In this document: positions 26,114 to 40,059 of the stretch, one piece after another
Numbering within the stretch: the first letter of the stretch is position 1
Layout: each line of letters starts with the position of its first letter
Assembly (NCBI GenBank): GCA_028534125.1
Contig: CM052817.1
Location: forward strand, 80,168,001 to 80,232,000
DNA from: Lama glama
Lineage: Eukaryota
Reading direction: 5' to 3'
Length of the DNA: 64,000 nucleotides
Made by a program: the position numbers and the translations under genes
Notes under the pieces: model-generated
What the model saw: the letters and a program-made list of their open reading frames with translations, nothing else
What the model was told of the DNA's origin: nothing
Databases searched by the model: none

Positions 26114-27329
26114 GTAAGAAGATTATGCCTTAAAGTGAACTCCACATAGGAGAACCACACTTCTGTCCTGTACGGTTTTTATTTTGTTTAGGGTTACAAG
26201 TTTTGAAATTTCTAAATCCAAATTCCAGTGGCATATTTTTTTTAGGCACATATTATTTTAAAATGTAATTTTGGGCATCTACAATAGTTTGGTTTTGTTT
26301 TTAAACATCTTACTATTACCAGCCTTCAGTTTTACCAAGTATCTTTTTAAACAGCTATCAACATTTCCTTCTCCTTCTTTTAAAAAAAAGGCTATCTCTA
26401 TACTTAACAAAGAACACATGATCTCAGAGTGAGATTTAAATACTTTAACACTAGGTGGTTCTTTAAATCAAATAAGCTTAGTATATGAAAATTTTACTAT
26501 ACTCTCCTTATTTATTTTACCTTTGGTGATTTAGAAAATTAATCCCCCTCCGCTCTCTCAAGTTTTAATGCCAGTGCCTGATTGGCCTGTTGGCCATTCT
26601 ATATTGCAGAAGCTACAAAACCAGGAAATTCATGCAGAATCAAGGCACTGGAGTAGGGTCACTATAGCAGTTAGACCACAAGTCTTGGGTTTCTTAAGCA
26701 GAGATTGGCCTGCCTCACACAGACACCCTGTGTTGTCACTGAAGCTAAGCAAGGACAGGAACACATAAGTACCAATGGAATGGATGGTCTTCATTTGTAA
26801 AATGTCCGGGTACCCACCAAGAGTATTAGAGATTAGAATTTTTCGTTTTACATCTAAGAAAAAAATTAAGTTACTTTTTGGCCTTTTTTGCCTTTGACAT
26901 TTAGATGATGATGATCATATAAAACATTAACTGGTGATGAAAGCACCATCATTGATGAAATATGAAAAAGGTGATGTTTTTTAATGTTAATGTTTTGGTA
27001 ACTGTTGTGTAATTTTATGGTCATGATACTTGTGACCAGAAAATGGGGGCCTAGGTTATAGGTAGTACCGTTTGGATTTCTTTCTTCCTTTGCTGACTTT
27101 TTCTAGGCCATTTCCACATTGCCCCATGGTTGTCTGGCTATTCTTTGATGTTGATAGTCTAAATGACTTCTGGTTTAACCGACCTATGCTCTTACAAGTT
27201 TTGGCTATTTTTCCCATATAGTCTTTAGAGAAATGAGCAAGGTGTGTGGCTTTTGGGTTTTTATATGCCAAATTTTGGCTGATTTTACACATTTATGATT
27301 TTTCTTTTAAAAATATGTTAATGGTAGAT

Positions 27330-27530
27330 AATTAACTATCACTGAGCTGTTACTATGATCCAGGCATTATGCTAAATGCTTTGCATTCTTTTTTAATTCG
27401 GTTCTTAAAATAAACTTCTGAGACAGGCTTTGATCATAATCTCCATTTTATAGATGTAGAAATTGAAGTTTTAGAGAAGTTAGCCACTGAAAGTCACATA
27501 GCTACTAAGTGGTGTCAGTGGGATTTTAAT
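27330..27530 (-). mobile_element. MIR SINE relic
   Basis: caggcattatgctaaatgcttt..ctccattttatagatgtagaaattgaag..agtcacatagcta core. Confidence 0.65.
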
Positions 27531-27783
27531 GGAGATTATCTAATTACCTAATCAGATTGTCTCCTACACACCTCTTTGAATATGTGTTGGTGTCTTGTCT
27601 CTGTTTGCAAGTAGGCACCATGGAAGAAGATACATTTACATCCATTATGAATTGTGTATACATCTGTTATAGGTTGTATACAAAGTGATTGCGCTGGTAG
27701 ATTTGTACATAATAGATCTGGTTTTAAATGCAGTTTTAAACTAAAACCAACTACAAGGTTTCCTGGAATTTGCTGATCTTTAG

Positions 27784-27888
<105 letters not shown>

Positions 27889-28315
27889 TAAGAAATATAT
27901 AATAGGACTGCTATTAAATACCAGCAATTACAGTTTAGAAGAAATAGCATTTCTTATACAAATTTTATTTATTAATACATTTGTCCTAAAATAAAACATT
28001 TTTCAATTCATGTATTTTTTTTTCCTCTTATACCCATTTCATGTCATCACTTTATAGTATTTTCATATACAATATTTTTTTAAAGACTGATATCTATTTG
28101 GGGTATTTGAGTTAATTTTTATAATTCACTATCCAGAGAGAGCCCCCTGCACTGCTTGTCAAAATTTGGGTTGTTATTAATATATGGTTAAAACTGTAAA
28201 TAAAGCTCAAGCATAATTTTTGATACACTAGAACCCAATTATAATAAAATGTCATCATACAGATTTTAATATTCTGTGAATTAAATCATGTTTTCTAAAA
28301 TATCATTAGTTCCAA

Positions 28316-28365
28316 TAGAATAAAAATTAGTATTAATAGCTAGAATAAAAATTAGTATTAATAGC
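28316..28365. repeat. Perfect 25-bp tandem duplication
   Basis: TAGAATAAAAATTAGTATTAATAGC x2. Confidence 0.97.
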
Positions 28366-31099
28366 TTTGTTTCTGAATCTCAGACAATAAAGGGGATTAT
28401 TTATAATATTTCTAATATATATAGTGTATATCTACATATATATATGTAGATATATATATATATATCAGAACTGTTTACAAGTATGATTTTCCCCCCTACA
28501 ATTGTTTAGAGATTTTTTAAGGAATATGTATTACAAGTACTTCATGTTGGAGTGTTAATTTGTGTGCTTTCTGCGTAACTTCCTGCTTACACACTTATGA
28601 ACACATTGGGTATAAAAGTTTTGCTGATGTTATTGCAGTGATGGCAGAAGGCACCTTCTAAGTCTCAGAACTAAATTTGATAAGAGGCATTGCTGCTCTC
28701 TTCTTTACTGGATAGAGCTGCCTAATCAGATGAGAATATAACTGTCAATAGGAAACATTTGGAGGTAGCCTGGCCTGCTCTCCACCCCACCCATTCAATA
28801 TCCTGTAAATACCTACCAGTCTTGTTGTTTTATGAGTTGAAGTACTTGAGAACCTTTTATTACTTTGGAAGTGAGATGGAGCAAGAGGTTACAAACAACT
28901 CAAGTTCACCTTGACTGCAAGAGAAGAGAAAGAAGCCAGAGAAGTTTGCTGAAGTAGGGTGATCTGCCACATTTATGTGACACCAGAGACATCTGGTTTT
29001 GGAGCCTAAAAAGGAACAGGATAGGAAACATTGTTAAATATGAGCCAGATGGGAGGTGGAATATGTAGCAGAGTTCTCATAAAGTACTTTTGAAATATAA
29101 TGGTATAAGAAACCAGACAAGGCACTTGGTAGACATAACCTGTTTTTGCAGACAATTTGACTCAGTAGGAATTTGCAAATGTATTAGAGATGCTGATAAC
29201 TTGCAGCCTGTATATATCATTTATTCTGATAGTCTTCATATTGTGAGCTCTTCCTCAGTAACTCATTCAGATAAAGTACAAATAAATTCTGTGAAGTTTC
29301 CTTTGCATAAGAAGAATTTTTGGCTGAGTTAGTTGATATTTCAGAAAACAAAGATAAGACTGAATAGCAAATATAATGTTAATGGTCCAATTAGTTTTAG
29401 TTACACTTTAGTTGCACTAAGTCCTGTAGTTTGGTTTTAATAACCATTAGAATCTCATAGAATGATATTTTATTTTCAGTTGGGTTTTTTCCCCCATAAT
29501 TGTGTGATGGACCAGCATTACCTAGAAAGTGATTGTTGTATCTAATTAGATTACTATTACCTGAAAGCTAAAACAAATAAAAGCTCCATACATACATTTT
29601 TGTTCTTCAGCTATTTGAATTGAACACAATTTCTAGAAATTAAAAAAAACAGCTGTTGGTACAGAGCTAAAGTATAAAATTCCCAAGATACTTAAAACAA
29701 TTTTATACATTGTTAAAGAAATAGAAAATATAGGAAAACATGGAAAAATAAGAAAATCCAACAACTAGGAATTTTTGAAATAATTTTGGGCTGTAGAATA
29801 TTCATTGCTTTCATTTTTTTCAAAGTTATTATCTGCTTTCTATTATAATATTAAGATCAAACTCAATATAACTAGTCCAGAAATGACAATGCCTAAGAAG
29901 ACTATTTCTTCTTATCAGGATTTTAATTTCCAAACTTGAGATGTTTAACAAATTGAGCCGTGAATTATGACACATGCTCGTCCTGACTATTCTGTGCATG
30001 TTAAATCAATTATTTTGACTATTTGAACTTAATCAGGTTAGCCATGAAACTGAGGGTTGCAACCTGCGCATTGTAAATAGAGCATAGACATACTATTTGC
30101 TTAGCTTTAGAAATGTTTGTGCTTTCGGAAAGAGAAGTTTTTCATGCTTATAAAATCGTCTGTTTACAACCACTATTTTCTCCTCTTCCCTGTCCCATTT
30201 ATGTCTCTTTGGGACCTGGAAAATAAGTAAGCCTGCTATTTACTTCTTTTTTTTCTGTATGCTCATTTAAATTATGGATGTTCTGAATAAGATTTTTTGT
30301 CTTAGTTCATATTATGAGTTGGAGGAAATATAAGATTTCCTTTGGAAAGTGCTTTAATGAGCTCTATAACATTTGGGAAAATTGAAAATGCTATTAAAGT
30401 AGCATAGCTCTTTGGAAAGTGGATAATATGGTATGGAGTAAGGCACTGAAACAGGGAAGAGATTTGAATTATACTGTGCTAATAATAATATTGGTTAATA
30501 TTTATTTAGTGCTTATCGTTTACTAGGAACTATTTTGAGTGCTTTACAGGTAAAGAAAAAACTCACGAAAAGGCACCTGCATTGATTTGAAGTAGAATAT
30601 TGTACAGTTGGCTCCAGTACTCTGCCCTGCCTCCCAGCTAGCTTAAATTTTTACTTTTTTCCTGATTATAGTGGGGAGGAAGAGAGCAGGCTGGGCAGGA
30701 AGTCATCAGTCAGTCTTGTCTTAGGCAACAGTTCTGTCCCCAGAAACGGAGAAGTGTAGGACAAGTCCCCATGTACTGCATTCTTTTGGCCCAGTCTCCT
30801 CTGACTGAGGAAATGGCCACTAGACTAACCTAGAGACTCCTAGATCAACTTCCTCTGTCTAGGACAGTCCAGCTAGTGACAGGATCCTGAATCATTCTCA
30901 CCAGCTGACGTTAATTGCCTGGTAATGCCAAACTTCAAGCAGAACTAAAGAGGTTTGGAACTAGGAACATCTCTCTCCAATTTAGTTAGTGTCACTAGCT
31001 GCCGGGTCCATCTTATTTATTTAGTTAACTTCCAAATAAAGTGACTCCCTTTGGATCTCACTTACTATGTTACGGCCTTTTGCTTGTATTAAACTTCTG

Positions 31100-31272
31100 A
31101 TCGTCATCACAATCCCAGGAGATGTAGGGTCTCTTCTCATCTCCACTTTACAGGTGAGGAAACGTAGGTGTATAGATCTATAAATAACTTACTCAGCATC
31201 ATGTATCACAAATAGCCAGGCTGGCATTTGAATTCAGGTATTTCGACTCTAGAGCAGATACTCTAAGCCACT
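31100..31272 (-). mobile_element. MIR SINE relic
   Basis: ctccactttacaggtgaggaaac..ctggcatttgaattcaggt..gactctagagc core. Confidence 0.6.
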
Positions 31273-33635
31273 TTTTCACTCGACCACCACACTACAGATT
31301 CCAGGATTTCAGGTCCAAGTACTTAATTAATTAACCTTTCAAGATTGTATTTACTGTGTATTTTCTCTGTGACTTACATTAGTAATGACTCTGCCTGTCT
31401 AACCAGGCTCTCATAAGACTCCTTTGTAGGCATTCATTCATTTACATATTCAGTAAGTATTTATTGACTACTTTTTCTGCAACAGGGTTTGTGTTGGGGA
31501 TAAAACAGAGCAAAGGACCTAAGAGCAATTTCCTTAACCTCTTCAAGCCTTTGTTTCATTTATAAAATGGAGATAATACTAATAATAAGTTCCAGGTTGT
31601 TGGAATTGAATACATGTAAAGTGCATCATACAGTACCTGGCATTTAGTTAACTGCTTAAGACACTTTAGTGTTTCTCATAATTTCTGCATTCATATTCTT
31701 AAAATAATGATCATTTTCATAAAAATAGAAATATAGTAATAGAGATAGAAATGAATCCTGTCCCAACAGACTTCACATTCTAGTGGAGAAAACTGAAGCA
31801 TTTGGGAAATTAGAAAAAGCATTCTACAGATGGCAGGCACTGTAGCATTTCATTAGTCTAAGATGCCATTAGTTGTAAGACATGTCATTATTTTACATTA
31901 ATGAAGAAAAATGCAACCCTAAACTATGAAATGGTGCTGAGAAATTACGAACTCCAATGACATCCTGATTTCAAGAATTTTAAATATGAAAAATTAGTAT
32001 TTTTGAAATAAAAGAAAGATTATTTTTTGGGAGAAAGAGAAGATGATCTATTCTGTTTTTCTAAAACTAATGCTATAATATAAAAAATACTTGGGATATT
32101 TTATGACTAATATGTAAAAATGATTATATATATGGAAAATGAAAAAGATTAAGTGCTCAGTTAAAAGCTGACTGATTGATATATTCTGTGAGGTATTAGA
32201 GAATCTGTGATATTAAAAACTGTTTTCTTATGTAGCTGTTCCTGCACTTAATAGTCCTGAATTGGTTTCCACTTGGAGTGGTTGGGGGAAAAAGAAAGAA
32301 GTTCTAAGCCAGTTTTCATTGAAAATGAAGATTCCAGGCTTAGCAACATTCTGAAAAGAGCTCTGAGTTTTAAAGTAATGATCAGGAAATGGAGTACCCT
32401 CTTTTGCAGCATAGCCAGATTTCAGGTAAATTCAATGAATTCCTGACACTGAGTACTGTAGAAGAAAGTTTTGTAGGCATCATTTCTCTAAATGACACTC
32501 TGCAAGGAAGGTTGTAAATTTTTTTAATGTGATTTTTATGATGTTTTTCAAAATTTCATAAAATCATAAAATTTTATAGATGGAAAAGTTCTTAGAAGTC
32601 ATCTAGTGCAATATTTTATGCTTCAGGAAGAATAGAATCCCCTAGAATTTAAGAGAAGAGGTACATAACTCCTTTGTGGCCTAGATGAGACTAGAACTCA
32701 CGTCTTCTGTAGAGCTCTTTGAACGGGACTACTGCTGCCTCTTAGACTCAGGATTGGGGACAGAAAAAGTGTGTTCATGTCAGGGAAAAAATTCATGTAT
32801 CTAAATATTTAAAGAATAGTTTTTATGTTTGAGAAACTTAACAACTTATTAAATACCTTTTAACCACTATTATTTTGTATATCTGTGTTTTGAATTGTTA
32901 AATTCAATGCCTGTTTCCTGGTATGCAGTTTTCCCTAACTTATACTTGTTTCATAGTTTTTACATTGCCAAACTTTTAATATTAAACAGAAGTGCTGAGG
33001 GAAACAGCAACAGGAGAAATGGAAAATATGTAGTAGATTTTTCATTATAATAGTTTTATAAAATGAAGCAGATTTCTCTGACTATTGTGCATTGTGGCTA
33101 AGTCCTATAGCATGGATTAAAGGTATGACTTTCCTTAGAGAGGTGACCTGTTGCAGCATTTTACTAGGAACTGAGAATTATTTCTTGTTGGTATAGGACA
33201 CATAGGTCTCTTATTGTATCTATTTTTTTTTTACTTTAAAATGAAAATTTGCTTATATTTTACATGTATCAAGAAAATCATTGTAAGTAATGCTTGTGTT
33301 CAATTAGTATTATGTTTGGCTTGTCTTCTATAGGTCTCTTCCAAGGCTAAATTTTGACCATGGGGGTGTGAGAGGTAGATTTTAAGATACAAATTTGGAT
33401 GCCTACCGCTTAGAACTCTTTATGACATTTAAAAATTATACCAGAAAAAAATCTTTAAATTTAAATTGGATATGAAGGATGTTGATCTATAATTTAGAAA
33501 TCATATGAAGAGATGATGGGAGATTATACTTTATTGGCAGAGTTGAAGGGAAATACATATTTTTGTGAAATTTTCACTATTGAAAAATAAAATCAGTGTA
33601 ACAATTACTATCATGATGGTGGGATTCTTTTAAGA

Positions 33636-33816
33636 TAGGGGTCAGTATACTCTTTTCTGTAACAGCCCAATTAGTAAATATTTTTAGCTCTGGGGCCAGT
33701 CTCTACTGCAGCTGTTCATCTCTTGCTGTAGTGTGAAAGCAGATGTAGAGAATATGTAATCAAATAAAAAACAGTTGGCTGGCCAGATTTGTCTGTGGCT
33801 ATAGTTTTCTGACCTG
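33636..33816 (+). mobile_element. MER58A-like hAT-Charlie element
   Basis: aggggtcag..tttctgtaa..tagtaaatatttttagct..ggccagattt..atagttttctgacctg, with degenerate terminal inverted repeats. Confidence 0.65.
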
Positions 33817-36124
33817 TTTCAAGCTATCATAAAAGTCCCTTCAGTTCATAACATTGTGACTTTTGAATAGGGATCATTTGGAAAAAGAGCTTGACTTCTG
33901 AAGGGAAAAAAAAATCTTCTGGGAAAGTCTAATTTCAATATTTTCTAAAGCTGAAGATTTTTTTTCATCGTTGTGTTGCTTATCTCTAGCAGATAATAAA
34001 ATTTTATACAATCATTTCATTATGTTAGTGATTACATGTTTGCCCTTAAACTTTTTCTTGGAGTTGGTTTTGATTTCCTAGGATGTCAGTTTTATGAATT
34101 TTGTTTCCTACTGCAGCTTTGAAAGTCAGCCAAGAATATTTCTCAGTCCATAAAACATTTTCACTATGCTGTTCTCCAGCTAGCGCTCAATGATCTGTGG
34201 AAATAAAGGGCAAAGGCAACATGGGTAATGAGAATCCAAAGAATTTCCTTCACCTAGTCCTCAACATTAATTATAGCCACCAGCTCCTCTACACCAAATA
34301 GCAAATTGGACAAGTATGAGTTTCACCTCTTTCTGTTTAGAAACACCCAATTATAAGTGTCATTAAGTTTCTGAATATTAATATTTTTTCCTAAACGTAA
34401 TGAATTAAATAATTTATGTGCTCCAGATTACAAACACAGAATCATAGAATTTTAAAACTAGAAGGTCCTATACATGTATTATCTAGTTAACTGCCTCATT
34501 CGTATGTGCCAATAATTACGAAATCCTCAAGGGGACAGTAGTATCTTCATCTTCTTATCTCAGATGTTCAGCACAGTTCTTAGTTAAGAAGCACCCAGAC
34601 ATTTATTTTTTGAGTGAGGGAATGAATGCTGAGAAACTAGAGATGAGGTTCACTGAGCTGGTTCTTAGCAGAGTCTGATTTCATCTTGTTTTAGTGTCAT
34701 TTGTGAAGCAATTTTCTTCTAAAATTAAACACTGAGACTATCTTTTGGAATTTTGTCACCTGCATTTTTGTTCAGAGAAGCATTGTCATCTTCATTATAA
34801 AAAGTTATTTGTAAGCTTTGGAATACATTTATCTGTCAAAGAGTTCTAAAAAGAATTAATGAAGGGCTAAATGATGCTTTAAAAAAATTCAGTAGTTATT
34901 GTATATACTAAATCTAAAAGTGAGTCCAGACTCACAAAACTTTGTCAGTTGTGCTAAGGGTACAGAAATGATAGATGTTCTTTTTAATGTAGTTGATAGC
35001 AACAGTATTCTGAGGATAAGAAAGGATAGTAACAGTAATTAAGGTCATACTTATTAAGTCAGCAAGAAAACAATTTGAAAGACTGTGGACGTCCTTGGTA
35101 TACTAATTAATTTGGTAGAAAGGTCACCATGTTACCCTCGGCCAGAAGGCTATTCAGTCACGCATATTTTATTGTCGGGCAATCAAATTGAGTCTTTTCT
35201 CATGAAAGCGAGTATATATGTAATTCCCTAGGTTCCAAATCCTGTCTGTCTATAACCACGCTTAAGAGTATATAAATGAAGATCCTGAATCAGTATCCAC
35301 CCTCACCAAAAAAAACTTGTTAGTTTAGAAGACACAAAAAAGAGGATAGGAAAAAAAACAAATGAAGGAACTTCTTTTGGTGTAGATCCAAGAAACCAAG
35401 GAAATGGAAATTTTCTTCTCGTTCTGTTTTTTGAGCCAGGGATTTCTGCATCTGAGCACACAGTCTTACAGTATATTCTGTTGTTTTTTTTTTTTTTTCT
35501 GTTTTAGAAGGCCTTCCATTTTGTTTTGTTTTGTTTTGTTTTTGAATCATTTTAAAAGTATTAAAGCATCCGAGAAGTATAAAAATCTCCTTATCTGGAA
35601 ATTTTCACTCTTCAAAATAAATTTTTCCTTGAGGACTCTGAGGAGCCAAACTATTACATTTGAACAGCTAATGTATGGTTAAGACTAAAATGTAAAGAAC
35701 TCTCATTACCGATGTATAGCAATCTCCTACTAATACATCTTGTGTCAACAAAATGTCTTTTAGTAGTTTATTTAATAGGCTTACTGTTTAGGGAATGCCT
35801 AATAGATATGAAGGGTTTAAGAAGAGTAGTTTTTAAATCTTAGAATCATTGGTGGTTTTCGTGGCAAAATTTAAGTAAGTTTGGTACTTTCTACCATGTT
35901 TAAAGCTAAGTAGGGAACTGGCAGTATGAATTGGCAAGTATCTGCTGACCTGTGATACCCTAGCTTCTGAAAATCTATCATACATCTCATTTGTGCTTAT
36001 TTCAGTAAACATTTATGTACCAGACATACCTTTTTTAGTTTAATTGTTAAGATACCTTGTAAAAGATTATTGATATCTTCATTAAGTCAGGTATAATGAT
36101 GATAATTATAATAATAGTAATGCT

Positions 36125-36340
36125 AATAACTTACTATCTATTGACATTTCCTTTGTGCTAAGTATTGTGCTAGATCATCTCCTTTATCCATTTTATGTAA
36201 TTTTGAGAAAGATAGGAGTCTTCCCATGTTTGACTGAGAAAACTGAAGCTCGGGGAGCTTAAGTAACTTCCACAAGATTACACACACACACAAAATAGTG
36301 ATAAAGCTGGTATTGAACCCAAGCTTACTGAATATCACAG
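36125..36340 (-). mobile_element. MIR SINE relic
   Basis: gactgagaaaactgaagctcggggagcttaagtaactt..ctggtattgaacccaag core. Confidence 0.6.
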
Positions 36341-39250
36341 CTCTTTTCCAAGTTCAAAGCAACCTTCCCACTGAGCATTAATTAGTGAAGGTTTTACTGG
36401 AATGATTTTTAAAACTTTATATTGTATAACATTTGTTATAATTACTATAGAATTTTAGTTTTCTGTGTTACCATTTTTAGATCTATGGCACTTAAGAAAA
36501 TGACATGTTTAGAAGAATTTTATCTCCTTCAGTTTTTAGCTTGTTCTCAGAAAATAACTTAAATTGACATGTATTAATTTAACTAAAGAAGTAATAAGAA
36601 AAATTATGTTCATGACAACCATGTGAGGAGGTCCACGATTGTGGATAAAGATTCCCTTCAAAAAATTGCTCTTGGCAGAGTATAAATTGAACTGTGTGTT
36701 TAAGAATCACCTGTTTCTCTGACACTGTGTTTGAGTCAAAACTATATGAATGCAATGAGCATTGCCTATCATAGCTTGGAATTTTTACTGGGAAATCATG
36801 ACAGAATGGAAAAATACATACTTTTATGTCATTCTCTATGTTAACAGTCTATACAAAGCTGCAGTTATTCAGAGCACATGCAGTTTCCACAATTCTATCC
36901 ACAAAGATAACTCACTATGTATGTCTGTCTACTATTATAAGATATGTTGGTAATCTAAAATAATTTATTTACTATTAGTTTCAAACTGAGTATTGATCAC
37001 CCCAATCTGACAGCATAGTTTATCATGTAGTGATAAGCTAGAAAATTCAAAGCATTATTGATTCTTGATATCAAATGGTTTTGGCTCTAATTTTCTGAGT
37101 TTTGGTGGTAATTTCTTCTTAACTGGCATATATTTCTTCAGAACAGTTGTTTCCTTTCAACTGAAATGAAAGCTGTGCTCCCCTCCCCCTCTCCTCATAC
37201 TGATTTAAAAGATGGCTGTCATAAATAATTTCAGATTTACTTTGGCACATTGATGTATTTGGTTTACAGAATTCTTTAAAGTTATTTATGCTTTATAGTT
37301 TTATGGACTACTTTATATTATTATAAGGAGTATAGACTCTGGACCCAATTTATGTATTCAGATTCTGCCTCTGCCATTTATTCATTGTGGAATATTAGGC
37401 AAGTTACCCCACTTCTGTGCCTCAATTTCTTTATCTATAAAATGAGAGAAAAGTTGTTGTTTGAGCAAGCTAGTCTGCGATACTTTGTTATGGCAGCCTG
37501 AACTGACCAATACACACTCCTTCTCCTTTGCAAATTCCTCTACCACTTCTTGTTATAAAATATCGGTGTTTTGTTCATTGCTCGTTTATCTTTCTTTACT
37601 CACCGTATACTTCCTGGATGATCTCTTCTACTTTCATCTCTCCAGGTACCATCTTTATGGCAAAGCCTCTAAGATTTGTATTTCTACGTCATACCTCTTT
37701 CTTTTATGTCTGAACCTCAAGTTGTCCCACAGGCACTTCAAATCCAACATTTTCATGTTTAAAGTACTTTTTACCCAGTAACTTTATGGAGACATTGATT
37801 TACCAGCCTTATTGATTGTATTCCCTTAATATTTCTCATATATATCCACTTCTTTTATCCTTGTTGCCATGATATTTTGTTCATAAAACTCTTTCTATTT
37901 TGCATTACTGTAACATTTTTCTAACTGAATGACTTCAGCATTTTCCTTCAAAAAATTTGTTTTGTATTTTCTAAGTAGACTTTATTTTTAGAGCAATTTT
38001 AGGTTCACAGCAAAACTGAGTAGGAAATACAGAGAATTCCCATAAGCCCCTTATCCCTGCATATGCACAATCTGCTCACCGTTGTCATCTCACCTTAAAG
38101 AGGTACATTCGGTATGATTGATGAACCTAAATTGACACATCATCACATTACATTAGGGTTCACTCAGTGTAGTTATTCTATGGATTTTGACAAGTGTATA
38201 ATAACATACATCAACCATTATAGTCCATACAGAGTAGTTTCATTGCCCTAAAAATCTTTTATACTCTGTGTAAGTCATTTTTCCTTAACCTTCAACCCCT
38301 GACAGCCACTGATCATTTTAATGTCTCCATAGTTTCAGTCTCCATTGTTTTACGTTGTCCAGAATGTTGTATAGCTGGAGTCATACAATATGTAGCATTT
38401 TCAGATTGGTTTCTTTCACTTACTAATATACATTTTGGGTCCCTGCATGTCTTTCCATGGCTTAATAGCTCATTTCTCTTTAGCACTGAATAATATTCCA
38501 TTGTCTGGATGTACCACAGTTTATTTATCCCTTTACCTACTGAAGCAATTGGTTGCTTCCAAGTGTAGGAAATTATTAATAAAGCAGCTGTAAACATCCA
38601 TGTGCGGGTTTTGGTTTGGACATAAGTTTTCAACTCATTTGAGTAAATATCAAGGAGCAGGATTGCTGGATAATATGGTAAGAGTATGTTTAGTTTGTAG
38701 GAAACTGCCAAACTCATCCAAAGTGGCTGTACTATTTTGCATTCTCACCAGCAGTGACTAACAGTTTTTGTTGTTCTACATCCTCGTCAGAATTTGGTGT
38801 TCAGCATTTTGGATTTTGGCTGTTTCAATAGCTATATAGTGGTGTCTGACTGTTGTTTTAACTTGCAGTTTCCTAATTACATATGATGTTGAGCATCTTT
38901 TCATATTTATTTGCCATCTGGATAGCTCTTTGATGAGGTGTCCGTTCAGGTCTTTTGTCCATTTTTTAATGAGGTTTTTCATTTTCTTATTGTTGAATTT
39001 TAAGATTTGTTATATTGGATAACAGTCCTTTACCAGACATAAATATTTTCTCTCAGCTTGTGGCTTGCCTTCTTTTTTTTTTATTTTTTATTTTTTATTT
39101 TTATTATTTTTATTTTTTTTAACATTTTTTATTGATTTATAATCATTTTACAATGTTGTGTCAAATTCCAGTGTTCAGCACAATTTTTCAGTCATTCATG
39201 GACATATACACACTCATTGTCACATTTTTTTCTCTGTGAGTTACCATAAC

Positions 39251-39750
39251 NNNNNNNNNNNNNNNNNNNNNNNNNNNNNNNNNNNNNNNNNNNNNNNNNN
39301 NNNNNNNNNNNNNNNNNNNNNNNNNNNNNNNNNNNNNNNNNNNNNNNNNNNNNNNNNNNNNNNNNNNNNNNNNNNNNNNNNNNNNNNNNNNNNNNNNNNN
39401 NNNNNNNNNNNNNNNNNNNNNNNNNNNNNNNNNNNNNNNNNNNNNNNNNNNNNNNNNNNNNNNNNNNNNNNNNNNNNNNNNNNNNNNNNNNNNNNNNNNN
39501 NNNNNNNNNNNNNNNNNNNNNNNNNNNNNNNNNNNNNNNNNNNNNNNNNNNNNNNNNNNNNNNNNNNNNNNNNNNNNNNNNNNNNNNNNNNNNNNNNNNN
39601 NNNNNNNNNNNNNNNNNNNNNNNNNNNNNNNNNNNNNNNNNNNNNNNNNNNNNNNNNNNNNNNNNNNNNNNNNNNNNNNNNNNNNNNNNNNNNNNNNNNN
39701 NNNNNNNNNNNNNNNNNNNNNNNNNNNNNNNNNNNNNNNNNNNNNNNNNN
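39251..39750. other. Assembly gap (500 N)
   Basis: Run of exactly 500 n. Confidence 1.
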
Positions 39751-40059
39751 GAATAATAGAAGAGCGAGTTGAAGCAGAGTATTAATCGGGTTGAGACGTC
39801 CTTTTAAAACCTTTAAAAAAAGGGGGGGGTGTGGAGATGAATAGATGTATTTGAAACCTGTGTCTAATCAATAACAGGACATCAAAACCCAAGAGAAATA
39901 GAAATGAATTAAGAAGTAAAAATTAAGAGAGTAATAGAAAATAGAACAGGTAAAAACAGATTTAAAAAAAAAAAAAAGGTTGGGGGTTGTCGGTGTTCTC
40001 CTGGAGTCTGTGTGCTTTTAATGTGAAGTCTTTCTGTCTTCGTCCTGTTTTGGAAGCTC

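Noticed and set aside
39158..39772. 204-aa ORF
   Set aside because: Artefact of translating through the 500-N gap.
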